A stretch of 64,000 bases of DNA from Clostridia bacterium (GTDB lineage Bacteria; Bacillota; Clostridia; Oscillospirales; UBA644), in assembly GCA_017623475.1 (NCBI GenBank), contig JAGAPC010000038.1:20855-84854 (forward strand). Direction: 5' to 3'. Both the position numbers and the translations under genes were made by a program. Shown in pieces: positions 19,826 to 29,400 of the stretch. Numbering within the stretch: the stretch's first letter is position 1; each line of letters begins with the position of its first letter. The notes below the pieces were generated by a model. The model worked only from the letters and a program-made list of their open reading frames with translations, searched no databases and was not told the DNA's origin.

Positions 19826-20755
19826 TTATTCGTCCATCCGACGCTCGAAAACCCGTAACCGAGTACTGCGGGATCGAGGGTTCTCTTCAATCTCCGCAGG
19901 GGAAGGAGAAATTCCCTTGACGATGACCTTGCCCAGAGATTTCTTTCCGCAGGTGCAGACGGGGAATTCCGGAGGGCAGGTGCAGGGACGCTCGTATCGG
20001 GCGAAGGCGGTTTTGACGATGCGATCCTCCAGGCTGTGGAAGGTAAGAACCGCGATGCGTCCTCCGTCATTCATATTCTCCACGAGAGAATCGAGGGCGA
20101 GGCGAACCTGCTCCAGCTCGTCGTTGACGGCGATGCGGACGGCTTGAAAAACTCGCTTTGCCGGGTGTTGCTTTTCCTTTAAAGCGGCTTTCGGAAGAGA
20201 CGATTTGATAATATCCACCAGCTCAAGGGTGGTTTCGATGGGCTTTTTTGCCCGATATTTTACGATTTCGGAAGCGATGCGGCGGGAGTAGCGCTCTTCG
20301 CCGTACTCGAAAAAGATGCGGGTCAATTCCGATTCCGACCATTGATTTACGACGTCCTTGGCGGAAATTTTGTCGTCCCGATTCATCCGCATATCGAGGG
20401 GGGCGTCCTGCATATAGGAAAAGCCGCGCTCCGCACAGTCCAGCTGATAGGAAGAAACCCCCAAATCAAGAAGGACTCCGTCAAAGGGAATTCCGGCGTT
20501 TGTTGCAAGATCGGAAAATGTCCCCCGAATCAGACGAAGATTACAAGGGAGATCCTTTAGCCGGGTTTCGCAAACGGTCAAGGCGTCCTTGTCCCGGTCG
20601 TTGCAAATCAACGTTCCGTTCTCGGACAGAAGCTGACCGATTGCCCGGGAATGGCCTCCTCCGCCGGCAGTACCGTCAGCGTAAACGCCGTCGGGCTTGA
20701 TATTTAACGCTTCAATAATTTCGGGAACCATGATGGAAATATGCTTAAATTCCAT
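19826..20755 (-). CDS. rsmH: 16S rRNA m4C1402 methyltransferase
   Basis: DGTAGGGGHS, DLGVSSYQLD, FQAVRIAVNDEL, FHSLEDR, NPRSRS. Confidence 0.97.
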   Translation of the reverse strand: MEFKHISIMVPEIIEALNIKPDGVYADGTAGGGGHSRAIGQLLSENGTLICNDRDKDALTVCETRLKDLPCNLRLIRGTFSDLATNAGIPFDGVLLDLGVSSYQLDCAERGFSYMQDAPLDMRMNRDDKISAKDVVNQWSESELTRIFFEYGEERYSRRIASEIVKYRAKKPIETTLELVDIIKSSLPKAALKEKQHPAKRVFQAVRIAVNDELEQVRLALDSLVENMNDGGRIAVLTFHSLEDRIVKTAFARYERPCTCPPEFPVCTCGKKSLGKVIVKGISPSPAEIEENPRSRSTRLRVFERRMDE

Positions 20756-20756
20756 A

Positions 20757-21194
20757 TCAGAAGTTCATATCCTCCAGCATCGCCGCGATTTCGTCGCCGG
20801 ACAATTCTTCGTTCATGGCGTTCCAGCGGGCGGTGTCCCAGATCTCAAGCCGTTCCCGAAGACCGACGATGGTGACTTCCTTTTCCAGACCTGCGATCTC
20901 CCGAAGCTTTGCGGGGATCTTGATTCTCCCTTGCTCGTCCATTTCCGCATCGTTGGAATTTCCGACGAAGTACCGTTCCATGCTGCGGGCTTTGGCGATG
21001 GGAAGCGTTCCGATCTTTTCCAAAAAGGCGTCCCATTGGGTATCGGTAAAGGCAAATAAGCAATCGTCCAAGCCACGGGTCACGTGAAGAAGGCTTCCTT
21101 CGATCTTTTCCCGTTGCTTTGCGGGGAAAAACAGACGTCCCTTGGCGTCGATATTCATTTCATAGCGTCCGAAAAGACGGGTTTGCGATGCCAT
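20757..21194 (-). CDS. mraZ: dcw cluster repressor MraZ
   Basis: IDAKGRL and DEQGRI repeats; ATG at 21194 behind AAGGAGG. Confidence 0.95.
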   Translation of the reverse strand: MASQTRLFGRYEMNIDAKGRLFFPAKQREKIEGSLLHVTRGLDDCLFAFTDTQWDAFLEKIGTLPIAKARSMERYFVGNSNDAEMDEQGRIKIPAKLREIAGLEKEVTIVGLRERLEIWDTARWNAMNEELSGDEIAAMLEDMNF

Positions 21195-21256
21195 CGGGGT
21201 GTCCTCCTTTCCCATTTTCGACGGATTCGGTATTTTTGGGGGTATTTTTTTGGGAT

Positions 21257-21324
21257 TTTCATCCCATTTACTCCCTTTTCATCCACCGTACTACTATTAT
21301 AGCGTATTTCATCGAAAAAGTCAA
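21257..21324 (-). promoter_or_regulatory. dcw SigA promoter followed by MraZ-type direct repeats
   Basis: Minus strand TTGACT-17 bp-TATAAT, then three 10-bp-period units GTGGATGAAA/AGGGAGTAAA/TGGGATGAAA. Confidence 0.8.
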
Positions 21325-21577
21325 GGCTTATTCCAAAATTCCTTCTTGCAGGCAACGTAGAAATTTAAGCAAAAAACAACCGACTTTTTCGTTATCATAA
21401 CCAAAATAAATGTTCGAAAAACCGTTGTTTTCAGAGATTTGACGGACACTTGTTCGAAAACCCCTCTTTCGAACCAAAATCGGTGGGGAATTTGCCCATC
21501 GCTTTTTCAAAATGACGGAAAATGCACCGAAAAAGAGAGAAAAAGCGGTCGATTTTTTGAACGATTCTACGAAGGTC

Positions 21578-21606
21578 TTGCTTTTTTCTATAAAATAGAG
21601 TATAAT
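21578..21606 (+). promoter_or_regulatory. SigA promoter of polA
   Basis: TTGCTT-17 bp-TATAAT. Confidence 0.7.
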
Positions 21607-21639
21607 ATAAATATAAAGACAAAAAGGAAGGTCTTGACG

Positions 21640-24129
21640 ATGAAAACCTTGATGCTGGTCGATGGAAACAGTATTTTAAACCGCGCCTTTTACGGAATCC
21701 CCCTTCTGACGAATCAGGCGGGAATCCACACCAATGCGGTTTACGGATTTTTTAATATTCTTTTGCGGCACATGGAAAAAGACCGTCCCGACGAACTGTG
21801 CGTTGCCTTCGACGTGAAAGCCCCCACCTACCGCCACGAGCTTTACGCCGACTACAAGGCAGGAAGACGCGCCATGCCCGACGAATTGCGGGAGCAGTTC
21901 CCCATCGTAAAGCAGCTGCTGGACGCCATGGGAATTTCCCGCTTTGAACAGGCAGGGCTTGAGGCAGACGATATTATTGGGATTCTGAGCCGCCGTGCCG
22001 ACGAGGCAGAGGAACGGTGCGTAATCGTTACCGGAGATCGGGACACGCTGCAGTTGATCTCCGATCGGGTTGTGGTCCGTCTGGCAACCACCTCCCCGAA
22101 AGGACCTTCCGACACCCTGTACGATAAAGCGATGCTGCAGGAAAAATACGGACTTACCCCAGCCCAGATGATCGACCTGAAGGCGTTGATGGGAGACTCC
22201 TCCGACCGTATCCCGGGCGTTGCGGGCGTGGGAGAAAAAACCGCGTTAAACCTGCTGCATCAATACGGAGATCTGGACAATACCTTCGCCCACGTGGAAG
22301 ATCTGAAGGGCGCTTTGAAGACCAAGATGGAAAACGGAAAAGAGTCCGCTTATTTAAGTAAAAAATTGGGCACCATCGTCACCGAATCGGACATCGACGT
22401 GGGAGATCTTTCGGTCAAAGAAGCAAATGCGGAAGAATTGAAAGCGTTGCTGGACGAATATCAGCTGGCAAAGCTGGCGTCCAAATTAAACGTTGCCGCG
22501 GCGGCGCCGACACAAAAGCCCGCCTTTACGTCCCCGAAAAAAACCGAATTCGACGGAAAATTGCCCGACGGAATCCCCGCCGTATTCGTCGAAAACGAGC
22601 AGGCGTATCTATATATAGGTAGCCAAATCATTACCTCTCCCCTCTCCGACGGATTGTTAAACGCCCTGTCGGGGCGCCCCTTCATCGCCCACGACGCAAA
22701 GCCCTTGATCCGCAAAATGGAGCACGGCGGATACGAGGCAAGGTGCGAATTTGACACCATGCTGGCGTTGTACGTTCTCGATCCGTCGCGAGCCTCAAAG
22801 CAGCCGGAGGACGTTTGTGAAAAGGAATTGGGGATCACCGCATCCCGGGAGGATTTCGCAGCCCTTCTCCCCCGACTGAAGGAAAAACTGACGGCGGAAT
22901 TAAAAGAAAATAACGCGGAATTTTTGTACTACGAGATCGAGCTGCCCCTGTGCTCCGTCCTTGCCCGAATGGAGGACGTGGGATTTAAGGCGGACAAGGA
23001 ATTTTTGGAAAAATTCAGCGAAGAATTGGGGGATCTCCTCGTCACGCTGGAACGGCAGGTTCAGGATCTTGCAGGGAAAGAATTTAATATTTATTCGCCC
23101 AAGCAGTTAAGCGAGGTGCTGTTTACCGATCTGCTGCTTCCCCCCGGAAAAAAGACGAAAACCGGGTATTCCACCGACAACGACACCCTGGAAAAGCTGA
23201 CGAAATATCATCCCATCGCCCAAGCGGTGATCGATTGCCGAAGGATCGCAAAATTGAAATCCACCTACGCCGACGGACTTGCGGAAAAGGTGGGGGATGA
23301 CGGACGGATCCACACTATTTTCATGCAGGCGGTGACGCAAACAGGACGGATCAGCAGCGTGGAACCGAACCTGCAGAACATCCCCATCCGCACCGATCTG
23401 GGACGGCAGCTGCGGAGAGCCTTTTCCGCGGAAGACGGATGCTTGCTGGTGGATGCGGATTACTCACAAATTGAGTTGCGGATCTTATCGCACATCGCCG
23501 ACGACAAGGCGATGCAGCAGGCGTTTATCGACGGCGAAGATATCCATACCGCCACCGCATCCCAGGTCTTTGATCTTCCCATGGAGATGATTACCCCCGA
23601 GCTTCGCCGCCGTGCGAAGGCGGTCAACTTCGGGATCGTTTACGGTATCGGAGATTATTCTTTGGGACAGGATCTGCACGTTTCCCGAAAGGAAGCAAAG
23701 CAGTATATTGAATCTTATCTGGAAACCTACACGGGGGTGCGGGATTTCATGAAGGACATCGTGGAATTCGGCAAAGAGCACGGCTACGTGGAAACGGTGT
23801 TCCACCGCCGTCGGTACGTTCCCGAATTAAAGGCAAGCGGACATTTGCGCGCCTTTGGGGAACGGGTCTGCATGAACGCCCCCATTCAGGGAACGGCGGC
23901 AGACGTGATCAAATACGCTATGGTAAAAATCGACCGCCGCTTAAAGGAAGAAAAGATGAAAACCCGGCTGATCTTACAAATCCACGACGAATTGATCCTG
24001 GAAGCGCCGGAGGAAGAAGCGGAAAAAGCGGCAAGACTGCTGAAGGAAGAAATGGAATCGGCGGCAACGCTGAAGGTGCCCCTGTCGGTAGATTCCAACA
24101 CCGCAAAGAATTGGTTTGACGCAAAATGA
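21640..24129 (+). CDS. polA: DNA polymerase I
   Basis: LVDGNS..RAFY 5'-3' exonuclease, DYSQIELR, KAVNFGIVYG, QIHDEL; true start 21640 (MKTLMLVDG). Confidence 0.97.
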   Translation: MKTLMLVDGNSILNRAFYGIPLLTNQAGIHTNAVYGFFNILLRHMEKDRPDELCVAFDVKAPTYRHELYADYKAGRRAMPDELREQFPIVKQLLDAMGISRFEQAGLEADDIIGILSRRADEAEERCVIVTGDRDTLQLISDRVVVRLATTSPKGPSDTLYDKAMLQEKYGLTPAQMIDLKALMGDSSDRIPGVAGVGEKTALNLLHQYGDLDNTFAHVEDLKGALKTKMENGKESAYLSKKLGTIVTESDIDVGDLSVKEANAEELKALLDEYQLAKLASKLNVAAAAPTQKPAFTSPKKTEFDGKLPDGIPAVFVENEQAYLYIGSQIITSPLSDGLLNALSGRPFIAHDAKPLIRKMEHGGYEARCEFDTMLALYVLDPSRASKQPEDVCEKELGITASREDFAALLPRLKEKLTAELKENNAEFLYYEIELPLCSVLARMEDVGFKADKEFLEKFSEELGDLLVTLERQVQDLAGKEFNIYSPKQLSEVLFTDLLLPPGKKTKTGYSTDNDTLEKLTKYHPIAQAVIDCRRIAKLKSTYADGLAEKVGDDGRIHTIFMQAVTQTGRISSVEPNLQNIPIRTDLGRQLRRAFSAEDGCLLVDADYSQIELRILSHIADDKAMQQAFIDGEDIHTATASQVFDLPMEMITPELRRRAKAVNFGIVYGIGDYSLGQDLHVSRKEAKQYIESYLETYTGVRDFMKDIVEFGKEHGYVETVFHRRRYVPELKASGHLRAFGERVCMNAPIQGTAADVIKYAMVKIDRRLKEEKMKTRLILQIHDELILEAPEEEAEKAARLLKEEMESAATLKVPLSVDSNTAKNWFDAK

Positions 24130-24566
24130 GTAAAAAGATTTTATTCGTCTGTACCGGAAACACCTGCCGTTCGCCCATGGCGGAGGGCTTTGCCAAGGCA
24201 GAATTTCAACGGCTGGGACTGGATTATACCGCCGAAAGTGCCGGACTTTCCGCCGACGAAGGCGGAGCCAACGAAAAGTCCATTCTTGCCATGAAAGAAT
24301 ACGGAATTGATATTTCCGATCACACCGCCCGCCAGCTGACGTTGGAGATGACCGAAGACGCGGAGCGTATCTACACCATGACGGCGGCGCAGGCGTATCT
24401 TTTAAAGCAGTTGATTCCGAGCAAAAAAATATTCCCCCTGACCGACGGGGGAATTCAGGATCCTTACGGCGGCTCGGAGGAAATTTATCGGAATTGTGCA
24501 AAAGAGATCAAAGACGCGGTGGAAATCATCGGGGAGGAACTGCATGGAACTGAAGCTTGCGGATAA
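24126..24566 (+). CDS. Low-molecular-weight protein arginine/tyrosine phosphatase (YwlE-like)
   Basis: FVCTGNTCRSPMAE P-loop and DPYGG. Confidence 0.9.
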   Translation: MSKKILFVCTGNTCRSPMAEGFAKAEFQRLGLDYTAESAGLSADEGGANEKSILAMKEYGIDISDHTARQLTLEMTEDAERIYTMTAAQAYLLKQLIPSKKIFPLTDGGIQDPYGGSEEIYRNCAKEIKDAVEIIGEELHGTEACG

Positions 24567-24975
24567 ACGGGATCTTTCCGCCGTAGCGGAATTGGAGCAG
24601 ACCTTCGTATTTCCCCTTTCCGAAGAAGAATTACATAAACTGCACGAGAACGAAACCTTTCGTATTATAATATGGAAGGACGGAAATGAAATCCTCGGTC
24701 ATTGCGTGTTGTTCCGAGTGATGGACGAGGCGGAGATCACGTCCTTTTCGGTACGGAAGGATCAGCGGGGAAAGGGAATCGGCGCCGCATTTTTGACGGA
24801 GCTTTTGGATTATTTGCGGAAGGATGGGGCAAAAATTGCCTATCTGGACGTGCGGGAATCCAACGTCGGAGCGAGAAAACTCTACGCGAAATGCGGATTT
24901 TCCGAAATCGGACGCCGCAAACGGTTTTACCAAAAGCCGGTGGAAGACGCCATCGGCATGGGAATTGAATTATAA
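24544..24975 (+). CDS. rimI: RimI-like GNAT acetyltransferase
   Basis: DEAEIT, RGKGIG, LDVRESN..ARKLY..GF, RKRFY..EDA; ATG 24544 behind GGAGG. Confidence 0.85.
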   Translation: MELKLADKRDLSAVAELEQTFVFPLSEEELHKLHENETFRIIIWKDGNEILGHCVLFRVMDEAEITSFSVRKDQRGKGIGAAFLTELLDYLRKDGAKIAYLDVRESNVGARKLYAKCGFSEIGRRKRFYQKPVEDAIGMGIEL

Positions 24976-24979
24976 AAGT

Positions 24980-25007
24980 ACACCGTCTGTTTGACAGACG
25001 GTGTTTT
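24980..25007. terminator. Terminator between convergent rimI and PHP gene
   Basis: Perfect 11-bp stem ACACCGTCTGT-ttg-ACAGACGGTGT. Confidence 0.75.
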
Positions 25008-25010
25008 CGT

Positions 25011-26438
25011 TTATTCTCTTCTGGAATTTCCGACGATACTCGTCCCCTTCGTCGTAGGACCTTTGCGTTGCTGCTCCAGGGCTTTGTCCAAGAAATCCGC
25101 AACCCGTCCGGAAACGGTGGGAGCAGGCGCAAATCCGTAATATCTCCGATAAAAATTCTCCACGGAATCTCCGAGGGAAGAAAGGAGTTCGCCCACCTCT
25201 TCCCCTTCCGCATAACGGCGCATCAAAACCCCTTCGGTCAGACAAATACGGCGGGTTTCGGCAAAATAACTGCGATACAAAAAGTGCGCAAGCTTTACCA
25301 AGCGAAAATCGGTAGAATAGAACTGAACGGAGCCTTCACTGTAAGGAACGATTCCGGTGGCGGCATCGCCCCTCGGCAAAAAGCCGGCGACACAGCGCCC
25401 GCGACGAACCGCGTCGGTAATAGACGAAGCCGTATTATCCTTTGCAAAGACCAGAGTAAAGCGCCTTGCGAAATATTCAACCGTCGCGTTGTGATCGTGG
25501 GAATCGCTGCTGGCAACTACGGGAATAAAATTCCCTTTTACCAACTGCTGCTGCCACAAGCCGAGTTGAAGATTGCAATTCAAATCGGGAATTCCCCCGA
25601 ACAGCTCCAGGGCGTCAAAAAGCCTTGCGTCAAAGAGCAGGTCTCCGAATTCCTTATTTACGTTATACTTTCGGGGCTTCCAGAAGGGATGAGCGAGAAT
25701 GGAAAGCCCTTCCATATCGCGGATCTTCCCACAAGTCCAGGCTGCCAACGCAAAACGGCGGCGATACGGCTCGGGAATCTCGGAGAGTCGTTTTTCCAAC
25801 GATTCGGTTTCCGATAAGAATTCTTCGTTATGATTCACGTAACGATCGGCAACGCTTCCCGTTCCGCCCACGTGGACGATGTGAAGGGACGTTCCGGGGG
25901 TGTGCAACTCTTCCCCCGGCAGAATTGTCATGCCCAACTTGACGCCGTCGTAAAGCTCCGACGCAAGCACCGACGTATAGCGGCGATTGTGATCGGTAAC
26001 GGTACAGAAGTCAAACCCCTCCTCCCGATAATCCGCAGGCGTCATGGTAATGCCGTCTTTTCCGTCGGAATAGTAGGTATGAGCGTGAAAATCGCCCTTC
26101 AAAGGACGCAGGGCGTGCAGATCCTCTTCTACGGCGTAAAGGGGAATGACCTCGTCTTTTTTAACACCCTTTTCGTGGAAACGGATTTCATATTCCTGCT
26201 CTTCCTCGAAAGCTTTGGTAAAGCACAGACATCCTTCGCGGATCTCGTAGGGGTAATCGTACACCAAGGGCGGATGATAGCTTATCTGATCTTCCTCGAT
26301 CCCGAAAATACAAACCTCGTATTCCTTTTCCGCATGAAAACGGCGGCTGTTGTCCCTGGGAACGATCGAAACGGTAGTTCGTCTCCCCACGCAGACAACC
26401 GACGGAAAGCAGGTAAAATAAGAACGGCGGTCACGCAT
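25011..26438 (-). CDS. PHP-fold metallohydrolase with N-terminal beta-rich domain
   Basis: GDFHAHTYYSDG, VTDHN, GEE..H, LAHP, SSDSH metal-binding motifs. Confidence 0.8.
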   Translation of the reverse strand: MRDRRSYFTCFPSVVCVGRRTTVSIVPRDNSRRFHAEKEYEVCIFGIEEDQISYHPPLVYDYPYEIREGCLCFTKAFEEEQEYEIRFHEKGVKKDEVIPLYAVEEDLHALRPLKGDFHAHTYYSDGKDGITMTPADYREEGFDFCTVTDHNRRYTSVLASELYDGVKLGMTILPGEELHTPGTSLHIVHVGGTGSVADRYVNHNEEFLSETESLEKRLSEIPEPYRRRFALAAWTCGKIRDMEGLSILAHPFWKPRKYNVNKEFGDLLFDARLFDALELFGGIPDLNCNLQLGLWQQQLVKGNFIPVVASSDSHDHNATVEYFARRFTLVFAKDNTASSITDAVRRGRCVAGFLPRGDAATGIVPYSEGSVQFYSTDFRLVKLAHFLYRSYFAETRRICLTEGVLMRRYAEGEEVGELLSSLGDSVENFYRRYYGFAPAPTVSGRVADFLDKALEQQRKGPTTKGTSIVGNSRRE

Positions 26439-26456
26439 GATACTATACTCCTGAAA

Positions 26457-29400
26457 TCAGTTATTCTGTTCTTTAAAGAAATCCAAAATCCCGTCGGAAA
26501 TGGCGGAAGCGGCCTTCTCCATGTTGGAATCACTCATAAACCACGCCAAGTCCTTGGAATTGGAAATAAAGGCGGTTTCGAACAACACCGAGGGAAATTC
26601 ACAAAGGCGGGAGACCTTATAGTAATCCCTGGCAGATTTGCGGTATTTGAAGCCGGTCTGTTCGGTAAAGGTCTTCATAACGACGTCGCTGAGCAGCTGA
26701 CTGTTGCCGTAACACCAATAGGCTTCCGTCCCCGTGGCGGTGGGGGAATTGTCTTCCGAGGCGTTGAAATGAATGGAAAGGTTAAGGTCAGGATTCAGCG
26801 CACGGAATCCTGCGATGGTTTCATCCAGGGAATAGGAATCCTGGTTCTCCTTGCGGGAAAGAACCACCGTAGCTCCCAAGGCGCGGAGCTTTTCCGCCAC
26901 CAGATTGGAAAGCTTCCAGGTCAAGGACGATTCGTTAATCAATTTTCCGTTATAATACCGCTGTGCCCCCGGATCTGCCGTACCGCAATGCCCCGGATCG
27001 AGAGAAATGACGATGCCGGTCAGGGGCTTGTCCCCGGAGGACAGAGTGACGGGATTGCGGAAATTGACGTACAAGGTTTTTCCGTCAAAATAACAGGTAT
27101 AGCCGTAGATATGCTTCGACGTTTTGTAGGTCAAGTGAATCCGAACCGTCGTATCGTCAACCCGAAGGGCTTCCATCTTCGAAAAGAGAGGGTTGTCCGC
27201 CAAAGAAACGGCAGGAATCTCCCCGGAGACGTTATAAAGGGTAATTTCCGCAAAATCCGTATCCATCCAAACCGTATGGAACACGGAATCGGTCAATTTA
27301 AAGGAAAAAACCGTATTTTTCTTGGTGTTGGACACCGAAAGACCGTTAAGCTTTGCGGTGGCAAAGGAGGAGACGGACGATTTTAAAGCGCTCAAGGAAA
27401 GGTACATTCCGTTGTCCAGCTTGGCTTTTCCGTCCTTTTTGGAAACGACGTGAACCTTTGCCCCTTCCGTTGCAAGGTAATAGAAGGTGGGTTTTACCTC
27501 CAGATTCGGCAAAACGTCCGTCCCGCCGGTCGTCACTTCCATCACGTAAGAGGAAGGCTCGTTGATGACCTCGATCAGGCAACCGGGGGAATAGGTAGCG
27601 CTTTCTTCTCCACGGGTAGCTTGGAAGATCACGTAACCGAGGGTAGTGTTTTCATTGTTATCGGTTTGGGGCAGGGTAACGGAGCCGCTGTAGGTAGCTT
27701 TTAAATATTTTCCGTTGCCGGGATCCTTGGTTTTCGTGGTCAAAGGAATGGTGTAGGTTCCGATCTTGACCGTTACCGTAGATCCTGCAGGGGCGACACA
27801 GGAAAAGGAAACGCTCGTCCCCGACCGATCCGCCGTATCAAAGGAAGGCGAGAAGGAATTCTTTTCGAAGCCGAAGGAAGAAAGATATTGGGAGCTTCCC
27901 GCCGTATCGGAAGAGGTGCGGGTGATAACGTAATCCACCGTCTGCCCTTTGTGGGTGAATTTTACGGTGGTTTTCGTCCCTGTCAAAGAGACCGGATGGG
28001 CAAAATATCCGTCCGACGTCCGAGAAACGGTCTCTCCGTTGGCATACAAGGGATAATTGGGATCGGAAACCCCGACCACGTAAACGCCGGAATAAGACGC
28101 GTCAACCGTAATAGACGGCTGACTGAATTGCAGGGTGGTACTGACCGGTTTTTTATAATAGCGGTCGGTAATCTGATCCTTCACGCCGGCGTAATTTTCC
28201 ATAAGAGACTTGTAGCTGAAGAAAACCGCGCCGGAAACGTCGGATTTGGTTTCCAGATAATCCAGCTGGGCGGGAATTTCCTTGCCCGACGTATAGGCGG
28301 AAACGGCGTCGTCTCCCCCGCACTTATAGGCAGCGATCCCGATATACAGTTTTACGTCGGTTTTGGCGACCAGATCGTTCCACCAATCCACGAGGGGCTT
28401 GAAGGGGGCGGCTTTGTGATCGATCTGCCAATAAATTTGGGGACAGATATAATCCAGCCAACCGTTTACCACCCACTTGCGGGTGTCGGCGTACCCTTGG
28501 TTGTAGGTCTGCATGGGATTGCCGATATTGTCCGTACCTTCGGGCAGAGCGCTGCTCTTTTTCGCCCAAACGCCGGCGGGGCTGACCCCGAACAGCATAT
28601 CTTTATTTTTTGCCTTGATCGCCTCGTACACGCCTTGGATCAGCGCGTCGTTGTTGGCGCGGCGCCAATCGTCCAGGGCTTGACCGTTTCCGTATTTTGC
28701 GTAGGTGGCGGAATCGTCCCAATCCCCTAAATCGTAGGGATAAAAATAGTCGTCGAAATGGATTCCGTCCACGTCGTATTTGTTGACGATCTCCATCACG
28801 CCGTCAATAATATACTGACGCACCTCGGGGATACCGGGATTTAAATACAATCTCTTTCCGTCGGAAAGCACCCAGGAGGGATTTTTCACCGCCGGGTTGG
28901 TCGAGGCAAGATTTTTGGTGGAGGTGGTGGAGGTGGTCACCCGATAGGGGTTGATCCAGGCGTGGAGGGAGAGTCCGCGCTCGTGGGCGGATTTTATGGC
29001 GTAATCCAACAGATCCATGGGCAGGGGATCGCCCTGATCCTCCACAACGTAGGTGGAAGAAGGGTACAACTCCGACGGATAAAGGGCGTCGCCGGAGGGA
29101 CGGACGTGGAAATAGACCGTATTCAACCCCATCTGAACCGTATTGTCCATCAGGGTATCAATTTCCTTTTTCCACTGATCTGCCGAAAGATTATCCAAGC
29201 CGGGGAAATCCACGTAGGAATACCAAACGCCCTTGACGTAATCCGGATCCTCCACCGGGGTGTCGGGAGTTTCCGGATCCGGCGTCTCCGGCGGCGGAGG
29301 TTCGGGAACGGCAACGGTAAAGTTTTCGCTGAAGTTTCCGTCCTTGGTCGTTACCACGATCTGGGTCGTTCCGTATCCGACGGCAGTGACCGTACCGGAA

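Noticed and set aside
13821-19858. Very long + strand ORFs (732 aa at 13821-16019; 772 aa at 17540-19858)
   Set aside because: Antisense shadows of murF/mraY/murE and the PBP gene; no recognisable motifs or RBS; expected from codon bias
21278-21302. TCATCCACC followed by TACTACTATTAT, resembling a DnaA box plus DnaA-trios
   Set aside because: Fully explained by the MraZ repeat and the -10 of the dcw promoter; no box cluster around it
21439-21639. 67-aa N-terminal extension of PolA in the ORF track
   Set aside because: Spans the promoter; RBS and homology point to ATG 21640
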